DNA of 59,835 nucleotides from Bacteroidota bacterium (lineage in GTDB: Bacteria > Bacteroidota > Bacteroidia > 2-12-FULL-35-15), in contig CANFLQ010000006.1 of the NCBI GenBank assembly GCA_947447995.1, positions 1 through 59,835 on the forward strand. Reading direction: 5' to 3'. A program made the position numbers and the translations under genes. This document shows positions 56,501 through 59,835 of this stretch, piece by piece (positions within the stretch are counted from its first letter, which is position 1; each line of letters starts with the position of its first letter). Below the pieces are notes generated by a model. That model was not told the DNA's origin, did no database searches, and saw nothing but the letters and a program-made list of their open reading frames with translations.

Positions 56501-57535
56501 GTTAGTGCAATTAATTATTTTGTGAGCCAAACCGTAAATACTTGCGAAAGTCCGAAAGCCTCAATCACTGTAAGCATAACAGCTACTCCAGCCTCACCAG
56601 TGGTTATGAGTCCAAAAAACTATTGTCAAAATGCAACTGCAACACAATTAACAGCAACTGGGGCTAACCTATTATGGTACATTGCTGCAACAGGAGGAAC
56701 AGGAAGCTCCACCGCACCAACCCCTTCCACAGCAACAGTTAACACTATGAACTATTACGTAAGCCAAACTGTTGGTAATTGCGAAAGTACCAGAGCAATT
56801 ATTACTGTTAATATTTCTGCAAATACTCCTACTCCAACAGTTACCACCCCTGTAAACTATTGTAAAAATAGTATTGCTAATCCATTAACAGCAAATGGAA
56901 CTAACTTATTGTGGTATACAGTTGCAACAGGCGAAACAGGTAGCTCTATTGCTCCTACACCATCAACAACAGTATCGGCATCTTATTATGTAAGCCAAAC
57001 TATTTGTAGCGAAAGTCCAAGAGCAGAAATTACGGTTAATGTAAATGCAATTCCAACAATAACAGTTAATTCTTTAACAATATGTGCAGGGCAAACAGCT
57101 ACTTTAATTGCAAGTGGAGGAACTAGCTACCATTGGTCAAACAATGCAACAACCCAATCTATTTCTTTTGTTTCAACTACTGCAACTTCTTACACAGTTA
57201 CAGGAACAACTTCTGGATGTTCAAATTCTGCAGTTGCTAAAGTAACAATGTGTTCGGGAGTAGGTATTTCTGAATATACAAATTCACAAAATATTTCTGT
57301 GTATCCTAATCCTAATAGCGGAGAATTCACAATTTCAATAATAAATACAAATACCAATATTCTAAAAATTGGAGTAATTGATGTTTTAGGACAAGATATA
57401 TATTCAAAAACCTTAAACAATAACAGTATAGATTTTAGTGCCCAAATAAAACTTGAAGATATATCAAGCGGTATTTATTATTTGCAAATTAATACTGGAT
57501 TAGAACTTATCATCAAAAAAATAATCATTCAATAA
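53504..57535 (+). CDS. T9SS type A cargo: SBBP beta-propeller plus Ig-like repeats
   Basis: About 7 repeats WAK.MGG...D.G..IA.D..GNxY.TG.F; 5 repeats LTA.G..LLWY....GGTGS..APTP; CTD VYPNPNSG...KKIIIQ. Confidence 0.9.
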   Translation: MKLYKSILTLSLLLGYINSYAQTPTLSWVKQLGGAESEYGNSIAVHTNGDVYSTGFFTGAVDFNLGGTGGKAMLTADSSDIFICKHDSLGILKWARRMGGSSSKDAGYAIALDINGNAYITGLFKDAASFNNAGVGSGYTVGNAVNLTAVGGTDVFVAKFNPAGTLQWAKKMGGAKDDAGYAIALDKTGDVYLTGWFSDKANLDPNGTLNFTAMGLSTPPNSYPTDIFVAKIKADGTTGWAKQMGGGGYDFGFGIKVDANKNVYTTGGFQDNNSTSPHTDFDPGSGNIKLSSAGGADIFISKLDSTGAIGTSGWAKRMGGGADDIGTGITLDKSGNILTTGFFEATADFDPNPNVTKNLSASGSNKYFDIFISKLNSSGDYVWANVLGGSGDDISFSIAVDTSDNIYTTGGFQNTVNFVDATNGASTAKNFTSPGTDLYDIFISKTSASGAYVWTQQYGGTNNDAGQAITVDVNGSVYVTGAFKKTVDFDPTSATKNLVADSSDTFILKLSQPIPCVATTPTLTITNTCGSSTLKAPTSTGTYLWSPGGQTTNAITVTQAGTYSVTITKNGCVSNSGVGTAAPKTIPAKPTVTVSNDCGNSTLTSSSTTGSYLWSYNNSTIKSIAVTSAGSYSVTITENSCTSAYAVGTATPKAVPATPSITVLNGCGNSTLTSSTTTGTYLWSPGGSTSQAITATTSATYSITVTENGCPSAVKTATSAPNAIPSAPSVTSPISYCQSSTASQLTATGTSLLWYTAATGGTGSTTAPTPTTTTVGQQNYYVSQTVNTCISTRALITVNITSNTSIPTVTSPVNYCLNNTAIPLTAEGSSLLWYTTASGGTGSNTAPTPTTSAVGTISYYVSQTQCGEGPRSQIDVITNAIPAAPSITSIDSCGNSTLTANNFIGSLLWSTIEKSTSITVTNAATYSVTQTVNGCISPNGTGIAAPIAIPAAPVITSPVVLCQNSTASPLTATGASLLWYSTTTGGTGSATAITPSTATVSAINYFVSQTVNTCESPKASITVSITATPASPVVMSPKNYCQNATATQLTATGANLLWYIAATGGTGSSTAPTPSTATVNTMNYYVSQTVGNCESTRAIITVNISANTPTPTVTTPVNYCKNSIANPLTANGTNLLWYTVATGETGSSIAPTPSTTVSASYYVSQTICSESPRAEITVNVNAIPTITVNSLTICAGQTATLIASGGTSYHWSNNATTQSISFVSTTATSYTVTGTTSGCSNSAVAKVTMCSGVGISEYTNSQNISVYPNPNSGEFTISIINTNTNILKIGVIDVLGQDIYSKTLNNNSIDFSAQIKLEDISSGIYYLQINTGLELIIKKIIIQ

Positions 57536-57537
57536 AA

Positions 57538-57737
57538 TAGACTTTATATAAGTTAAGCAATTATAGCCTTTTTATTTGTGATTACATAGTTCGTCATTGC
57601 GAGCGAAAGCGAAGCAATCTCATACGTGGTAGTCATTCTGAACTTGATTCAGAATCTGTATTTGAGATTGCTTCGGGCGAAAAGCCCTCGCAATGACGAG
57701 CTAAACTAAAATAACATTTTAACTTATATAAAGTATA
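57538..57737. mobile_element. Nested MITE/RPE-like palindromic element
   Basis: Outer IR 18/19 (57538-57556/57719-57737); inner cgtcattgcgag..gaagcaatctc / gagattgcttc..ctcgcaatgacg (57592-57698); innermost gtcattctgaacttgattcagaatct. Confidence 0.75.
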
Positions 57738-57895
57738 ATATATACCTTAAAAACACAGAGCCCACATTTAAAAAGAATAAATAGTTTTATATTTTAAAAC
57801 AACAACATTATGCAACATAAATTGCATACATTATATTTAATATAGAATAAATTTGATTTAATTAATCTTCACAAAAAATAATAAACCTCACAGCC

Positions 57896-59835
57896 ATGAA
57901 AATCAAACATCATTTACTTTTAGTTTTTAGTTTTATAACTACTCTTGTTATTTCTCAAACAGGTGCAGAAATAGACCGTACCCTAACAATTAGCGGCAAC
58001 AGTTATAAGTATAGAATTTATGTTCCTAAATCTTACGATGGAACTAAACCTGTTCCTTTACTTTTTAATATACATGGTTTTACTGGTAGCAATACTCAAC
58101 AAGAGAGTTTTGGAGATTTTAGAAAAATTGCAGATACCGCTAACTTTATTATTATTCATCCAGATGCTAAAAACGGCTCTGCAAGTTGGGATGTTTTGAA
58201 TGGTACCGCATCCACTAGTAATGGCGATAGAAAAGCATTGCTTACTATGTTGGATACCATGGAAGCCAGGTATAATATTAATAAATGTAAAGTGTATACA
58301 ACAGGATTTAGCCAAGGAGCATTTATGAGTTGTTATTTGGTTAGTAATCTAGATGCTCTTGGCTCACCTCCTCGATTTGCAGCTGCAGCCCCTGTTGCTG
58401 GAAATTATGGAACAACGGCTATTTATAATGCAAAAAACCCACAAAACCCCGTACCTTTAATGATAATTCATGGCACCTCGGACAATATAATCAGCTATAC
58501 AGGAACGGGCATTACCACATCTACTCACGTGGATACTGTAATTAAATGGTGGCGAGGATATGACGGGTGCACAACACCGTACCCAAGTACTGCTACTACT
58601 TTACCAAATGTAAATACAGGTGATGGCAGCACTGTTGACCATTTTGTTTATTCAGGAGGTAATAGAGGGAGTTCAGTAGAACTGTACAGAGTAGTAGGTG
58701 GTGGACATTCATGGCCTGGAGCTTCAGCCAACTCAATAGGAGTAGGAAACAGAAATTTGGACTTTGATGCCAGTTTAGTGATTTGGCAATTTTTAAGTAA
58801 ATATTGTTTACCTAAGCTTACATCTACATCTTGTACAGAAACACCTACCATTTCTTCTCAAACAAATAACAGCACTGTATGTAGCGGAATAGCCACAACA
58901 TTTTCAGTTACGGCAAGCGGATGCGAAGGAACAGCATTAACATACCAATGGCAAGTTAACCCAGGTACAGGATTTTCAGATTTAGCAAATAATACAACTT
59001 ATAGTGGAGTTAACACCAACATTTTATCAATAGCATCAGCTACAGCAGGTTTAAATAGTTATAAATACCGTTGCTTTGTTACAAGCTGTTGCAATACAGC
59101 TTATTCTGTAAATTCAATACTTACAATTGATAATTGCTGTATTAAACCCACAATAACAGACTCTAAACCCGGTTCAAGATGTGGAACAGGTATCGTAACT
59201 TTATCTGCAACAGCATCCGCAGGAACTATTAATTGGTACAATGCTATAACAGGAGGAACTTCAATAGCATCTGGCACTAGCTTTACAACACCTAGTATTT
59301 CTTCAACAACCACTTATTATGTGGATGCAACAAATAACGGATGCACAACAAGTTCTAGAACAGCAGTAATAGCAACTATTTCAGCCGCACCAACAGCTAC
59401 TATTAGCGGAAGTACAACAATATGTTCAGGTGCTTCTGCTATCTTAACTATTGCTTTAACAGGTAAAGCACCATGGGCTTTTACTTATGGGTCAGCAACT
59501 GTTAATACTCCTCTTACAGCAATTACCACACCCACTTATACAACATCTGTAACTCCTGGAACATATACTTTAGCATCCGTTTCAGATGCAAATTGTGCTG
59601 GTACTGTTAGCGGAACTGCAACCATTACCGAAAATAAAGCGATTACAATTACAAATAAAACAAACGCATGTAATGGTAGCAATACCGAATATACTGTAGA
59701 ATTTGATATTGTAGGCGGAAATGCTGGAAGCTATACTGTTAATGGCAACACAACTGGAATAATTAATAATCATTACAAAGGTAATGCCTTGGCAGCGGGA
59801 ACAACTTATTCCTTAACTGTTAGCGATTTATACAA
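57896..59835 (+). CDS. Secreted PHB-depolymerase/LpqC-type serine esterase with Ig-like stalk (partial, runs off window)
   Basis: ATG 57896, signal peptide, IYVP..PLLFNIHG, GFSQG nucleophile, IHGTSD, GGGHSWPG, then YQWQ / INWY Ig-like repeats; no stop before window end. Confidence 0.87.
   Translation, partial: MKIKHHLLLVFSFITTLVISQTGAEIDRTLTISGNSYKYRIYVPKSYDGTKPVPLLFNIHGFTGSNTQQESFGDFRKIADTANFIIIHPDAKNGSASWDVLNGTASTSNGDRKALLTMLDTMEARYNINKCKVYTTGFSQGAFMSCYLVSNLDALGSPPRFAAAAPVAGNYGTTAIYNAKNPQNPVPLMIIHGTSDNIISYTGTGITTSTHVDTVIKWWRGYDGCTTPYPSTATTLPNVNTGDGSTVDHFVYSGGNRGSSVELYRVVGGGHSWPGASANSIGVGNRNLDFDASLVIWQFLSKYCLPKLTSTSCTETPTISSQTNNSTVCSGIATTFSVTASGCEGTALTYQWQVNPGTGFSDLANNTTYSGVNTNILSIASATAGLNSYKYRCFVTSCCNTAYSVNSILTIDNCCIKPTITDSKPGSRCGTGIVTLSATASAGTINWYNAITGGTSIASGTSFTTPSISSTTTYYVDATNNGCTTSSRTAVIATISAAPTATISGSTTICSGASAILTIALTGKAPWAFTYGSATVNTPLTAITTPTYTTSVTPGTYTLASVSDANCAGTVSGTATITENKAITITNKTNACNGSNTEYTVEFDIVGGNAGSYTVNGNTTGIINNHYKGNALAAGTTYSLTVSDLY

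Overview
AT-rich chromosomal segment from a Bacteroidota bacterium. The phylum is inferred from T9SS C-terminal domains, a PorP/SprF gene, TAnnTTTG -7 promoters and Bacteroidota-type housekeeping genes. The backbone is ferredoxin, sulfite/nitrite reductase, argH, a LytS/LytTR two-component system with a TonB-dependent receptor, a UbiD-family decarboxylase, rlmB, rmuC, an Omp85 protein, pheT, a MutS-like ATPase, recG, rluF, pdhABC, gap, lipA and osmC, plus six large secreted or T9SS cargo genes. The main highlight is a complete five-gene dlt-like aminoacylation operon (dltC-dltD-dltX-dltB-dltA, 45305-49550) in a diderm not expected to make lipoteichoic acid. It includes an unannotated 49-aa DltX ending FVYQQF, Asn at the MBOAT catalytic-His position and Ile at the DltA D-Ala selectivity Cys. 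Other points are a type II R-M pair, an M4 protease with a C2-like insertion next to a candidate emfourin-like inhibitor, and a decayed toxin-antitoxin cassette flanked by a duplicated argH 5' end. Several palindromic repeat families are dense here, and two have entered the reading frames of pheT and lipA. No rRNA, tRNA or CRISPR array was seen. All calls come from reading motifs by eye; no database searches were run.
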